A DNA stretch of 64,000 nt, from positions 201,036-265,035 of the forward strand of contig MCFE01000009.1 in assembly GCA_002104905.1 (NCBI GenBank), read 5' to 3'. The translations under genes and the position numbers were made by a program. The notes beneath the pieces were generated by a model, which worked only from the letters and a program-made list of their open reading frames with translations, was not told the origin of the DNA and did not search any database. Every line of letters starts with the position of its first letter. The stretch's first letter is position 1. This DNA is from Basidiobolus meristosporus CBS 931.73 (taxonomy: Eukaryota > Fungi > Basidiobolomycota). Below, one piece after another: positions 20,806-34,254 of the stretch.

Positions 20806-22099
20806 ATTCTACTGGCCTTTTCTTAATTTTTTTTCTTATGGATAAGTATGAGACGAATTTTATTAGAATCTCTCTCAGCGCCTAGATTGCTATACTGGTA
20901 ACGCGGTTTAGCAGTAATCAACAACTTGCAATTGCCAAGAGTGCCTAATTGTGTATTTTACAGAGTAGAATATTAATTTCTAGTCAAGTACTGTACTTGG
21001 TTACCCTTAGAGGATTGGATACCAACCTATTGTGATTGATAAAATGCCTGATGCATATGTGCAGATGAAACTTCCTCTATAGCAGAACGTAAAAGTGGAT
21101 TTTACACCAAGGACCCCTTTTCATGGTTGATATTCCATGACAAGAGTAAAGGTCTTTCTAGTCACTTTTCGTTGAGTTACCGCCAATGTGAAAAATCTGC
21201 TACAAGTGTACTGGTTAACAAGGCTCACCTAATATTCTCATACTAATGTACTTGTAGGTTGATTGAAAATCACTCTGACCAATAACTCATAATTTCATCT
21301 CAAATTTTGTCGTCATCTTTTGTCCACCTATGCATAGCTCACAGCGTCCTACTCATATACTCGGTGGCTGGTATACTTGTAGTGTATACAAAGTGATTAG
21401 AATCCCCAAATTCCTATCCATTGAATCTGTACTTGAAATGGCATTTCATAGTAACCGTTAATACAGCAAAAAACCCCTGCCAGATGAAATTTATATATAT
21501 CAAGGCATAATAGCTGCTGAGCACCACCAATCTTGGATCATATTAAATGCCTGGCCAATCTGAAAATCGCTAGCTTTTTTTTTTGACGGCCCGACATCGA
21601 TACTTCTCCAAGAGAAACAAAAATTAGCTGATTGATTCTTGGCTGAAATATCCTGGAGGAGATTAAAATAGGCTAATCCCATGAATCAATTCACTGCTCC
21701 ATTTGTTATTTAATATCCGATTCAGGAGAAGGTATGGGCCAAGCTCGAGGATGATTACTAAAAGCAAAAGTCAAGCTCAACAATCTGATCTTTGAATTGA
21801 TGTGAAATCGTTTTCTGAGGGCATATTTCAAGTTTTCTATATACACCCAAACTTCGTCACATATATGGTTGATTTCAAAGCTTTTTTATCACATTGTGGG
21901 CGCAAATTATTCCAACAAAGTAATTTAACAATCCAAGATGGAAGAACCAACATTACCAGATTGGGCGGTAATTAGCTTGGTAGTTGAGCAATAATACACG
22001 ATTACAACAAGTGGTATAATAAAGAAGTTGACACGCGATGTGTGTCTTCTCAGAAATACAAAGCGGGTAAAGATGAAAATCCCTACTGTTTCAAACACT

Positions 22100-22560
22100 G
22101 AGCCTAAAGCCCACTACATCCGGATTGTAAACCTAAATGGGCGTCAGGTGATCGATCGACCTTTTACCAAGACCATCAAGTTGATTACGACGAACGTCTA
22201 CTAGGGATTATCAGAGAAATCGGTATTTTATCCTTTCAGCTATGTCACCATGAACTTCCCCAATGTTCCCTTTCTCTAGTTACGCAGTGTCACTATTCCA
22301 TACTCCCCAGCTATTGCATTTTTGTATTAGTAAGCCCATCCGGACCCCTATCTAACACTTAGACCAGAGATCTTCAATTAGTAATGCAAAATGAAACTCA
22401 CCCGGGACTTCAGTGACAGCATTGGTGTGACTTGACTTTCTGACTGGATCTAGATGCATCATATGGGCAAAGGGCCAAGGAATGAATTCGGAACCGCGCA
22501 AAAACAACTGGTCAACTTCACACACCATCTTCATTATGCCTCTCATTACTATTAAAGAGA
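22100..22560 (+). mobile_element. Possible highly decayed Ty3/Gypsy reverse transcriptase relic
   Basis: Broken frames give PYSPAIAF, VLVSP, LDLDASYGQ, RAKT and FIMPL in the order of Gypsy RT motifs (SPWASP, VLV, LDL.SGY.Q, KTAF, FLVMPFGL); many stops. Confidence 0.35.
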
Positions 22561-24284
22561 TAGAACGGTTTTCTTATCAGAAGCATTTATCTCAGGCTCA
22601 AGGTACAGCAATAACATCGATTCGCAATCCATCCAAAGAGATCGGATACAAGATGTATGTTCAAATATCAAACCGATTTCAGATCACTAAAATTCCGTTA
22701 AAAATGGTATACATAAACCAGTTGAGTGCACGTGTAATTTCAGCCATGTAAATCAATGAAGTTTGAAACGTCGCAATTTAACCATTGCTAGATCAGTGAA
22801 GGAACTGGTGGCTACCTCGTCTCACTTCCCACGAACATACTAGTGAGGGACATGACACAAGCCTGGTCACACTATGGGGAATCAACCGAAACCCAATTGG
22901 GTCGCAATGTCGAATGCTTTATATTCATCCAATTTCACCAGAGTGCATTGATCCTTCTGTAGCCTGATTCAGAAAAACAGGACGGTGAATGGAAATTTGA
23001 TGTCGTGCTAGTTTCCCTGAGTTGTTGTTGCCTTCGTGACAACTTAATCAACCATCAAGATGGCCATAGGTTTGTCTTGTAGCACGCGATAGTACAGATT
23101 TGCCAACTCTAAACGCATCACAATTGGAGGATTAGCATGATGTTCTAGTTTATGGCGTTCTAGCTATACACGCACGGGCCACATGAATCAAAGTACTAAC
23201 TCCGGATACTCGGCAAAGCAAACAGATACCCAATACAGGAGGGATATTTACACTCTGGCCGTCCTCTCTTGTATATCTATTTTAGAGAATTGCATCGAAG
23301 AATGGATGGGTGTTTCTATGTCGGAAATGTATAAACCGGGCAATATTTCTGTATTATCAGGAAAGGCTCACCTACATCCAGCTCATAAGGGTACTAACAC
23401 TATAGTGTTCGGGGGACAGCCGCAGTAGTGCCAAATAATACACAAGCTCAATTACTAATAAAGCTGCCAACTTGCTGCAGATAGGCGGCGTCGAAGAATT
23501 GAAAAGAGGACTAGAACCTGTATGTTAATTAAGTATCCATCACTCTAAGCAAAGAAGTGTATCCATATGGACTTTCAAGTTGCACCTGACGCATTACTGG
23601 GCTTTTTGCTATCCAAATACGAGTCTTACAGGATGGGTTTCTGGAGAAACTCATGGAATAGATAGCTATTGTTCGATCAGCATAAAGGTAGTACGTTTTA
23701 AGCCCCAGATGCCGTCCATGGAAAGAATTGGATCAAAAACACCATGGTGCCAGTGCCTTCTCCAGTTGCAACCAGATTTAGGATCATCCAGTGCAAAATA
23801 ATGAACACAAGCATGATCTTCTTGGTATGGATCATCCATGATGTCATCGTCCGTAGCAGAAATGATTTAATGCTGTGGATTTTCAGGAATGGATGCACAT
23901 GAGCCTTATACCCTAACAATAAGGTTTGGATATGAAATAATTAACGCATGTCCATGTTACTCTATCGATATGGATCTGGAGCGGTGAACTTATCTTTGTT
24001 AATAGCCAAGTTACACATAGTTATGCCAACCACCAGAAAAGCTTCAAATTGCACATGCACAACTGTTAATTGGTTAGTACTCAGCTCAACAAACAAGTTC
24101 CATCTTATAGTGGATATTTGCCCTTCTGGGTACTTATTGGAACGGGAAAGCATGTCACCTCTGAAAATGACTAATTTGACCCCGGGGTGGGTTCATCGTT
24201 GCCAATGGAGCACCAACTTCAGCTCGAATACCATAAAAATGACGCCGCCGCCCTAGAGTTTTTCGGGCCATCATTTCGAAGCAA

Positions 24285-25917
24285 ATGTCCATCTCAGATG
24301 CACAAAATGAGGCAAAGCCTTCACTGGAAATGGCAGTAGGGAGTTCGCCTGCCACAAATAATTCCGTTGCCACCACCAACGAAGTACCACGGCGGTGGTT
24401 TTTCATTTCGATTGCCCTCAGTTACCTAGCTTTTGTGGTAATTGGTTTCAATGACGGTAGTTTCGGGGTATTGCTTTCTGGTATCTCAGTCCAATATCAA
24501 GTTAGCGATCAGATGGTTGCTGTAGTATTTCTGTTCACTCTTATTGGATACTTGCTTTCTTCTCTGGTATGCGGCTGGCTTATTGAACGACTCACCATCC
24601 GTATATATCTTGCTTGTGCGGGCCTGCTCTTTATCATTGCAACAGTCCTTTGTGGCATAGCACCTCCTTTTGCCGCATATCTGGCAATATTGGTACTTCT
24701 TGGTGTGGCGGTAAGATCCCTGCCTACAAATTATCAATGCACTCGATACATGGCTAATTCACTTCAAGGTAGCGGCCGTCGATGCAGGTTTCAATGCTTA
24801 CTTTGTCGCCCTTCCGAACAATGGCGCTCTACTGAACTATCTGCATGCCTCCTATGGCGTTGGTGCCTGGGTTGGTCCTATTATTGCCAATGCTGTCATG
24901 GGGGAAAAAGAAAACCGCCTGCGTTGGCATTATCTATATTATATCTGGGGTGGCGCTTGCCTCTTGGTACTTCTTTGCTTTTTAGCTATGTTCCGGAATG
25001 CGCTTCCATCAATGAAATCAAAGGATACTGATTCTTGCGAAAAGAAGAATCTTGCCAACACTATAGACAGCGATGAAGATATCCAAGGTGGCCTTATGAT
25101 GGCTACTTTACGTAAAAGTGTGGTCTGGTTAGGTGGCTTGATGGCGTTTGTCTACATGGGTGCTGGTTAGTCGGGCTTTGCTAAAAAATAGGTAAAACTA
25201 CGCTACGTTGCTAATTGTTGCTACTCTATGATACATAGGTGTCAGTATTGGGAGTTGGACCTTTAAGTTATTTGAAGAAAGCCGTGGGTTTTCATCCTCG
25301 CTCTCGAGCTTGTTTGTCAGTATCTACTGGCTTGGTATGTTTCTTGGTCGTGTAACGCTTGGTCTCATGGCCCGAACTCGCCGAAGACAGTTTTTCGTGA
25401 TCTACGCTTGTCTTGGTTTCACTATTCTTGGTTTACTGCTTGTGTGGCTCTTACGCTCAGCAGCTGCTTGCGGCATTGGTATTTTCTTGATAGGATATGG
25501 ACTGTAAGTAGCATCCGTCATCTCCAACGATTTAGAATTGCTAATCTAGTGTTTCTCTACGCAGTGGCCCCATTTATCCTACTTCAATAGCTGTTATCAA
25601 CGATCTACTCTATTCTAAGCGTTTACAAGGTAAAATGAAACAAATCCCGATTTCCCTCGTGTGTGATATGTTTGCTCACATCGTCTGTAGCTACCGCAAT
25701 CGGCTTCATTACCGCATTTGCATGTTGTGGTAACGGATTATTCTCTTGGTTAGCTGGTTATCTCATAGGAAGCTATGGATACGAGACTTTCTTGCCCTAT
25801 GAAGTAGGGCTTGTCCTCGGGATCGCGGTTATTTGGATAATTCTACACGTTCGTGGATTGTTTCTGATCAAAGAGAGAGAGAAATCAATGGCTTATACAG
25901 AAGATAGGAGAGTTTAA
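24285..25917 (+). CDS. MFS transporter, fucose-permease/Bsc6-like; several introns
   Basis: Multi-TM ORFs. GFNDGSFGVLL; after intron 24711-~24768, AVDAGFNAYF...LLNYLHASYGVGAWVGP; VSIGSW; YWLGMFLGR. Stop at 25915-25917. Confidence 0.8.
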
Positions 25918-26049
25918 ACTATCTATATATATATATATTAAGATACTCGTCGTATAGTATTTACTCAAATAAACTGTGCTTACTGCACCGGCACAACTCA
26001 GTTGTAAATAAGCGAGTCTCCCAGGGTCTACGCACATGAATTTCAGAAC

Positions 26050-26950
26050 TCAAATGGTTATCGATATCATTCCCCAGATTGCTTATACTATCCCAACATT
26101 AACCAGTGATAACGCAATCCTAAAAAGTGGTTACCGTGACCCAAAATTCAGGATTGTTCTTACGGGTTGTAGTACATTCCTTGGTCAGAACTTTATAACA
26201 TTAGGAATGGATGGTTGTTTACGTACAGGAAAGTGAAAATCCGATTTGTTATCTAGAAACCAGCAATTCATCATCTCGATCTAAATGTATCCCTTCAGAT
26301 GGTCCAATATGGTAATAGGTGAAATAAAAGAAGAATTTTTCACCCAACTAGCAAGGTTCCTGGATTGCAGTGTGTAACAGCCAGCGAAACCTTCTGCTTG
26401 ACAAGAAAGGTTGACGCTCTTGGCACCAACATAAATGGTAATTTCTTGTTTAAGGGGAGCCCACCAATATTGACTCAAGCCTTAACATCTCCGTCTGCAC
26501 TCAGCATAGCGAACACAAAGTGCCACATTCTTTGTCGTACAAAACCAAGATACACTTCATTTCTTGCGAAAACACTTTAAGTGGTGTGTTCATATCCACA
26601 ATCTACAATATTCCCCACACCAAATGGGCTTGAGTATTCGCGCCCGCCATGCCCGTCATCAACATATCTTCGCCCATCATCTGGATGATAACCAATACTG
26701 CAGATGCTCCATCCAGTGTGTCTAAAGTGCAGATAGGGCCAGGTTTCGAAGCCAATAGCAAGTACAGCATTTGACTTGGATTTTTCCAAGATGGTCATCA
26801 AGGCTGAAAGCGGAAATTGTGTCTAAATTGATAGGTTATCGCCCGGATAGTGAAAGTGAATGATTGATTCATTGTTTGATGAAGTGGTGGATACATACTC
26901 ATCCAGCAGTGGGTTAATGTGACAGTGGCTCAACACCAGGTGTTTTTACT
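26050..26950 (-). mobile_element. Decayed LTR-retrotransposon integrase relic
   Basis: Minus-strand fragments DDGHGGRE and QYWWAPLKQEITIYV (integrase zinc-binding region) and SSDQG (core D motif), in the expected order; multiple stops. Confidence 0.45.
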
Positions 26951-27769
26951 AGCCCAGGTAACCGTGCACCTCTAGGCTGGGTGAGTTGATATATAGTGGA
27001 AAGTCTGGGCTAAATTTCAAGCCAGCCTTGCATTGATTTTTGGTAGCATGGTGGGTCGAGTAAAGCCGATTAAACGACGTATTAGGGAGTGCATGGACAC
27101 ACACAGGAGGAGGTAGTGTTGGTAGATTGTTATCATTCCCATGCAGTGGTATTGGTTCATTGGCACGTGAGTTAACAAACGTAGACGGGCGGATAGGCTT
27201 TGCCTCAAGTCCATGCTTCTCTTTTTCCATGCTCTACAAAGGTCCGAGAGATATAAGAACTGTGGCTCAGACGGGTCTTTTGGATTCTTCAGATGAGCCC
27301 CAGCCTCCACATATAGTAAAAGTAAAAATACCAATGGAAGAGATAGGTGTGCGTATGAATGGCTTGAATCAAGGCGTTCCTTTATTTGTGAGGGTGTCCA
27401 ACATACAAATCAAATTGCTCTCCAGACTATTGATGCACAAATGGTGAATGGAATCTTGATGGGAATTTCATATCAAAAAACTTACCAACTACGGTACTAT
27501 TACCGACAAAAGGAGAGTTCATGACACCCCCTAGTGCTACCAAATACACTATGTAGACCTAAGGAACCTATTCGCAGGCTTAGGACAGTGCCAAGTTGTA
27601 CCCAGATTTATTTTGAGGCTAATCAGAGTAACCTTCAATGTGTTAAATGTCCAACGTTTCATGAAAGATAATAGTGTTTATTCCTAAATGTTTACATTGG
27701 CCCATATACTACAACTTATGAACTTTTCCCTTTGTCGAGATTTGCCTAGAATATTGTCTACAAAACGAC

Positions 27770-28740
27770 AGGTACCCAAAACATGCACATGTAATAGTTT
27801 TTCCAAAATCCCCAAAGCTTTGCAAACATGTTTTTAGATCTCTTCAAACGTACTTTATGTACTTTTTGCCAAGACCTTGGAGAAGTGCAAATACCACTTT
27901 CACACTGAGTAGATCATCAAGTGAAAACCGTTGTAAATTTCGTAATTTCACCCTACTTAGTCACTTGGATCTTTGTCTACAAATCTTAGTGAGTTCTGAC
28001 CAAATCCCGTGTTGGGATTTACTTTGAATATTTTCACCAAAATATCAGGTACCCAGAACATGAAATTTTGTTAAGTTGTCCAAGAGTATAAATACTACTT
28101 TTACATTCAATAAATCATCAAGTGAAAACCACATAGTCTACTTGTTCTCCCAATCACTTCCAATATCTCCAAAACTCTTACAACAAAAATCATATAGTCT
28201 ACTAGCTCTCTTAATCCCCATCAATATATCCAAAACTCTCACAGCAGATGACATAAGCTATTGAATACTGTTGACTTAGAAAACTTGAAAGCAAAATAAT
28301 GCCTTTAATCAAATGGGTAATAAAAAATAGCAGCTAGAATGTGTTGACCAACAGTCAGCTTGGTGCAATCAAGATTTGGGTTGTATCTGTTGTAAAAATT
28401 CGGAATTCCACCTAAATATTCACCTAACTGAGTCCCTTAGATCATTACCTTCAAATCCTAGAGAATACTGACCAAATTCCTTGTCGGGATTTACTTAGAA
28501 TATTTACCCAGAACATGAAAATTAGATAAGTTGTCCAAACAGCCCCAAACTTTGCACACATGTTCTTGGGACCTTCCTTAACCTATTATATGTGTTTGTT
28601 ATGCCAAGACTATGTAAAAGTACAAATACTACTTTTACATTCAATAAATCATTAAGTGAAAACCACATAATCTACTTGTTCTCCCAAATCACTTCCAATA
28701 TCTCCAAGACTCTTACAGCAGTATCTGACCAGAATAACTT
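27770..28740 (+). repeat. AT-rich repeat family, about three diverged tandem modules; reverse-strand copies at ~40040-40150 and ~49420-49770
   Basis: Shared words AAATACTACTTTTACATTCAATAAATCAT.AAGTGAAAACC, CCCAAACTTTGCACACATGTT and CTAGAGAATACTGACCAAATTCC occur in 27770-28740 and reverse-complemented at 49420-49770 and 40040-40150. Confidence 0.75.
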
Positions 28741-30894
28741 ATTAGCTGAATGGAAGTATTGCACACATTTAGTGTAGCACTGATTTATTTATGTACAGTA
28801 TAATGCAGTCAGCATCATGCATTGGTTGTTAGCTAATAGGAGCCAATTAGTCAGATATCCACAAACACCCAGCTTATAACATAAACAAAACTCTCATTGA
28901 TTCTGTGGATCATTTGGATGAGTCTGAAAATGTTAATAACTTTCAATTTCTCACTACTTTCCAAGAATTAGTGATGAACTTAATTCCTAGGTAAACAAAT
29001 AAACAATAGAAGGTGCACTAACTCTAGGATATATGAGCAATCAAGTGTTAAACTAATTATATGCAACAGATTTGTGGAGTTCTAACAACACCAAGTTATC
29101 AGCCAATAACTCCAACATCTAATGATTGTTACATAATCCCTAAGAAAAAAAATTGACAAAAGGCCAGCAAATCACCATCATAGTATCACCTGAATTCCAA
29201 GTTTCTCAAAATTGACAACTCTCAAAATCTCTGTTCTGAGCTGATGGGCAGGGAAGCAAACAAGTTGTTCAGGAGGAGACTAGGCAAACTAGCACCCATA
29301 CCAAATTTAGTAATTAGCTGCCCATCACTTCCATCAATAATTGCATTTGAAAATTTGAACCCAAAACACCAGCTGAATACCAGAAAGATACCATCAGAAT
29401 ACCAGCTAAAAATCAGATGAATTCCAAGTTGAGATTTTACATATGGAATAGATGCTCCAGAATTCCTACCCAGATAGAAATAGATTTCCCCTCTGGTCTA
29501 CTCGAGCTAACTTGTATCCCAACTATTTCGTATGTGGATCAGTCAGGGGCTAAGCCAAAAGCGGACTTGCGTGCATACCACAGTATGTAAATAAATCCGC
29601 AGATCAACTGGTAACACGAAGATCCTGGGGAGACCCGCCGATGTCATATACCGAGTGTTTGGAGACAGTTTGAACAAATCATTAAATGATCGCTGGTTCG
29701 TTAGTGGTCAGCAAGGATCATCATGGGAGTAGATCGCAGGCTCGAAGCCCCATCCTCTTGCCATGAATGACTAGATAAACCGTACCAGGCACTGATGGAA
29801 TCTTCACCTCTTAGTACCGTATTTCGTCTCTAGAAAAAATCTTATTGGATCCACAGCTACTTTGGACACCCACCTGACACCGTCAATTCAAAAAACCAGT
29901 CAGCTACATTGCGGGCAAGACTGGAGTGCAGGTCATGACAGAGAACGATATATATTATGGTCATTATTGTAAGGCATACAAACTTCAACTCTCCAAAAGT
30001 TCGAAGTTTGCCCCATATCCGTCTCACTTTGATGAACTCTACTCCACGACGTGGTCCCTGCAAGTGCACCTTAGAGATCTTCCTTCAGGTTCATATTGTA
30101 AGGAACTTGGTTCTGTTGTAACTGGGCTGATGGTTTGCTCACTGGGCACACTCGGCATCTGTAGTCGAGGATTGTAACTACCCACTCCTCGTAATACTCT
30201 GCTAACTTCCATCAACAACTGCTACTCAGTTGGAGTTGTCGCTTGCACTTTTACACATCGGTGACTTCTATCTGTATCCGATCTATGCTGCGCTAACCAT
30301 GTAGAAACCCATGGAGTGGGCTTCTTTCGGTTCTAAGTCACTGGTGGAGGATTTTTTTTGGTTGACAGATGGGCAGGTTGAATATATATGGCTTCTCTTA
30401 CTTCTATTTGGCAAAGATCGAACCCAATTATATTATCCGAATCAAGACAGCCTAGACCTGCTAAACTCCCCACCGATGGAAACCAAGTTGGAAATGGGTG
30501 ATACAAACTTTGCATTGCCCAATGGGGTCATTTCCAACCAGATATAGTGCAATAAGTTACTATGTCGGGCTATTGCTTGCGGTCGGTTGTATATGTACCC
30601 GGCATTGGCTCCCCCTGTATATAGCGTTCATTTCGGTACGGGCTTGGATTATAAGTTGGGAATGAACTAAGATAACAGTGCATTCCAGATTGGATCTAGC
30701 ATTCAAGTGAGTCCATCGTGGCTGATTTGATCGACTATAAATTACAACGGCTGTGCGTCGCGTCAGTATCTTTATTCCCTTATAATGTACAAAGCAGACG
30801 ATACGGTAGGGGCATTGTTCAGTATATTGCGAGTGACATAGCTCTAATATTTCACGAATCATGATCCAAGAACAGAGAAAAGCAGGCGCGAAGT

Positions 30895-33800
30895 TTGAAA
30901 AACACATACCCTGAGCCTTCTTTATGTGAATCAATCAATACAAGTAATCTCCACGAATTGAGTATCTATGTCAAAGGTCTACCCATCGAAATGGAAGCTG
31001 CTGATATCCGAAAGTACTTCTCTACATGGGGGAATGTCAGCATGTGTAATGTGATAAACGTCAGCGTGAAGGGCAGAAAGAAAGCCGCTATCGTTGTATT
31101 TAGCCCACCGCCACCTACTCTAGATTTCATGAGCCAGGACCTTCAGCCTGCTAATATGAAGGAGGAAAATAGATTTCTTTACATGGATCTCACCACCAAA
31201 ACTTCTCAGCAACTGCAAAGTCAAGAAAGAGGTGAATACGTGAAGTTGTTTTTCCGAGCTGAGGCCACTTGCTTCGACATGGGGGTGATGGCAACCCGCC
31301 GCAGATTTCTGAGCGTTTGGAAGCCATCCGGCACTTGTATCGTCGAAGTAAATGCGGAGAGAAAGCTAATATTTTTCAAATTCCACCACTCGAACGACCA
31401 CTACAGGATAGGTGTAAGATTCGACGACGTTCGGAACAGTATAGTACTGAATAGAGGTGAAGAAGACACGTATGTGCTGTATTTTCGAACTGTTCACTGT
31501 CCTTTCATGTGGCGAAGACAGGAAAGGGCTTCTCCTTCCTCAGAAAGTTGGAGTGAAGAGGATTCGTGGGTGCGTGTCCCTTACATTGTTGATCAACAGG
31601 GGCAGAATACCAACAGAGTCCGTCTTGGTGACTTCTCCGCCTACCGAGTAAATATTCCAAGTCACAACCAACGGGGAGAACCATTCCAAGATACTCTTGA
31701 CCGTATGACGTGCTGCGGGCTTATTTCTACCCAGCCCGATTCCACCCTTCCCATCGAAATGAAGCAGTCAGGAGACTTGGTTGTTGATATTCACTCGATA
31801 CTTCCGTTCGAGTTGGCTTACCTGGTAGAATGCTTGGTCAGCGCACAGAAATTAACCATGTACAATTTAACGCACGAGTGGGTTGCGTTTTTGAATGACC
31901 TTGATGTAGGGGTTGCCAAGAATGTGCTGATGAATATGATGACGGCCAAAAGCTTGATCGAAGATCCCTTGGCATATACCCAGGAGATGTTACCAATGCT
32001 CGGAAATGGCCTGATCAACCTTGAGGGAAGCCTCATACAACACGTGTGGATCTATCGAGCTTACATTTCTCCCAGCAAGTTGCACCTCTTACCCCCGTCA
32101 CTGGAGCCATCAAACCGAGTGTTAAGGCATTTTCATCAATACCAACAACACTTCATCCAAGTCACCTTTTCCGAAGAGCACTTTGAGAAGATAGGAGCTA
32201 GTTGTCAACTGAATCAAGCCATCTTTGATAGTTTTGAGGAAATTTTGACCGAAGGATTTCACATTGGCAAGCGGCATTACCGATTCCTGGCATTTTCAGC
32301 CACACAACTTCGTGAACATAGCTGCTGGTTCTTTGCGGGTACATCTGATGGTATAGATGTAGATTTCATCCGCAAGTGGATGGGCGATTTCAGTGACATC
32401 GGGAACGTTGCCAAGCGTGCTGCCTGTATGGGCCTATGCTTTTCCAATACGCAAGGAGTCAAAACCCTGACCAAGGAGCAAGTAAAAGAAGTCCCGGATA
32501 TCACACGCAATGGCCATTTGCATTCGAATGGAGTCGGCCAAATCGCCATGTCATTAGCAGCAGAAATCTCCAGTCGATATCATCAGAAAATAACACCTGG
32601 TGCTTTTCAGTTCCGGTTCGGTGGGTACAAAGGAGTTCTTTCGGTCGTACCTGATGACAAGATGGACGGAACGCTTGTTCACCTACGCCCAAGCCAAAGA
32701 AGGTTCAGTTCGGAATCTTGCGACTTGGAGATCGTCCGAGCTGCCGAGTTTGTGCCAGCTTATCTGAATCGACAAGTCATCGCACTATTATCTACCATGA
32801 GGGTCTCAGATGATGTATTCGTGCATTTGCAAGCAGAACACCTACGGCTAACTGACGAAATCATGAGCAGCCAAGACCTGGCTTTAGAATTCCTGGCCCT
32901 CCACTACCGCTCCAGCTGGATAGGCGATGCATTAGGAGATATGATCGCTGCAGGCTTCCTGAGGTCGGGAGACTCGTTCGCCAAATCACTCCTGGGCTTA
33001 CTAAGAAATCAGGCACTTCGGGATGTCCAGGAACGAGCAAGAGTTCCCATCCAAAAGGGGGCCCATTTGATCGGTGTCATTGACAGCACGGATTCGCTGA
33101 AGGAAAACCAAATCTTTGTTCGATATACGGATCCTCGGCACCCCACTACTGTTAAAAGTTATGTAGGCCCAGCGTTGGTTATTAGAAACCCATACATACA
33201 CCCAGGAGATATGCATATGGTTGAGGCGGTTGATTGCCCGGAGCTTCATGCGCTTGTGAATTGTGTTGCATTCTCTACACGTGGCACTCGTGGTTTGGCA
33301 AGTAAATGTAACGGTGGCGACATGGATGGAGACACATATATGGTTATCTGGGACAAGCGGTTGTTTCCACTGTACAAGTTGCCTCCGTTGAGCTACAGCA
33401 AACTTGAGGATGAATCTGCCCAGCCAGTCACCATTAGAGACACCGTGGACTTCTTCATCAATTATATGAAATCCAACAATTTGGCCCAGATTGCCAACGC
33501 TCATCTAGCCTGGGCCGACCAGTCAGAAGAGTCTGCTTTATCTCCCAAGTGTATCGTGCTGTCTAAACTCCATGCTAAAGCGGCGGATTTCGTGAAATCA
33601 GGGATCCCAGCTGTTCTGCAGCCCAGTTTGATTCCAAAGCACTGGCCTGATTATATGAACAAACTACCAAGAAAATCATATCCTTCTACGCATGCCCTGG
33701 GTAGGATGTACAGGAGCGACGCCTTGAACCGCCAACTATCCGAGTACTCGGCCAATAGTCTTAGTGAAGTTCACTTTGATGAAAGAATGATCGTGTTGGG

Positions 33801-34254
33801 ATACGAAGAATACTTGGTGGAAGCCAGGCAGCTGAAGCATGAGTATGACAGGACGATCTCCGATATTATGCGCCAGCATGAAATCCAAACGGAGGCTGAG
33901 CTAGTCTCCGGGTGTGTTCAGCGTTTTTCCTTCGTGGTTAGCCGTACAAAAGAGAGATACCTACTCAAAGAAACGCTCAGCAACATTATCCAGGCGGTTT
34001 GGAGAATATTTCGCCAACGGTTTAATGATAACTCTCCGGCAGTAGAAGCTGTCGACGAAGATGTCGAAATGTTGAATCGAAGAAAGGCCAGCGCTTGGTA
34101 CTACGTAACATGCCATCCGACTGAAATATTACTTCAGAAGAATCAGCAGCTCTACAGCGACCATCCCAATCAAGCTGTCCACCCGGTCTACCTATCTTTT
34201 CCTTGGATAGTTCATGATATCTTGGTGCTGATATTACGGGATGCAACTCTTTAG
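30895..34254 (+). CDS. Eukaryotic RNAi-type RNA-dependent RNA polymerase with N-terminal RRM-like domain; true start uncertain
   Basis: 1119-codon ORF with RRM-like IYVKGLP, SNRVLRHF, YRFLAFSATQLREHSCWFF, AFQFRFGGYKGVL, AYLNRQVIALL, RNPYIHPGD, catalytic GGDMDGDTY (DxDGD) and IANAHLAWAD. The listed start is TTG; first in-frame ATG is 30991. Confidence 0.92.
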   Translation: MKNTYPEPSLCESINTSNLHELSIYVKGLPIEMEAADIRKYFSTWGNVSMCNVINVSVKGRKKAAIVVFSPPPPTLDFMSQDLQPANMKEENRFLYMDLTTKTSQQLQSQERGEYVKLFFRAEATCFDMGVMATRRRFLSVWKPSGTCIVEVNAERKLIFFKFHHSNDHYRIGVRFDDVRNSIVLNRGEEDTYVLYFRTVHCPFMWRRQERASPSSESWSEEDSWVRVPYIVDQQGQNTNRVRLGDFSAYRVNIPSHNQRGEPFQDTLDRMTCCGLISTQPDSTLPIEMKQSGDLVVDIHSILPFELAYLVECLVSAQKLTMYNLTHEWVAFLNDLDVGVAKNVLMNMMTAKSLIEDPLAYTQEMLPMLGNGLINLEGSLIQHVWIYRAYISPSKLHLLPPSLEPSNRVLRHFHQYQQHFIQVTFSEEHFEKIGASCQLNQAIFDSFEEILTEGFHIGKRHYRFLAFSATQLREHSCWFFAGTSDGIDVDFIRKWMGDFSDIGNVAKRAACMGLCFSNTQGVKTLTKEQVKEVPDITRNGHLHSNGVGQIAMSLAAEISSRYHQKITPGAFQFRFGGYKGVLSVVPDDKMDGTLVHLRPSQRRFSSESCDLEIVRAAEFVPAYLNRQVIALLSTMRVSDDVFVHLQAEHLRLTDEIMSSQDLALEFLALHYRSSWIGDALGDMIAAGFLRSGDSFAKSLLGLLRNQALRDVQERARVPIQKGAHLIGVIDSTDSLKENQIFVRYTDPRHPTTVKSYVGPALVIRNPYIHPGDMHMVEAVDCPELHALVNCVAFSTRGTRGLASKCNGGDMDGDTYMVIWDKRLFPLYKLPPLSYSKLEDESAQPVTIRDTVDFFINYMKSNNLAQIANAHLAWADQSEESALSPKCIVLSKLHAKAADFVKSGIPAVLQPSLIPKHWPDYMNKLPRKSYPSTHALGRMYRSDALNRQLSEYSANSLSEVHFDERMIVLGYEEYLVEARQLKHEYDRTISDIMRQHEIQTEAELVSGCVQRFSFVVSRTKERYLLKETLSNIIQAVWRIFRQRFNDNSPAVEAVDEDVEMLNRRKASAWYYVTCHPTEILLQKNQQLYSDHPNQAVHPVYLSFPWIVHDILVLILRDATL

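Noticed and set aside
23640-24200. Protein-like minus-strand frame (ISATDDDIMDDPYQEDH...NWRRHWHHG) upstream of the MFS gene
   Set aside because: Interrupted by stops, no start or recognisable family; cannot be supported as a gene.
25923-25938. (TA)n run after the MFS stop codon
   Set aside because: Ordinary short microsatellite.
30895-34254. Endogenous viral RdRP
   Set aside because: DxDGD double-psi-barrel motif and RRM indicate a cellular RNAi RdRP, not a GDD viral polymerase.
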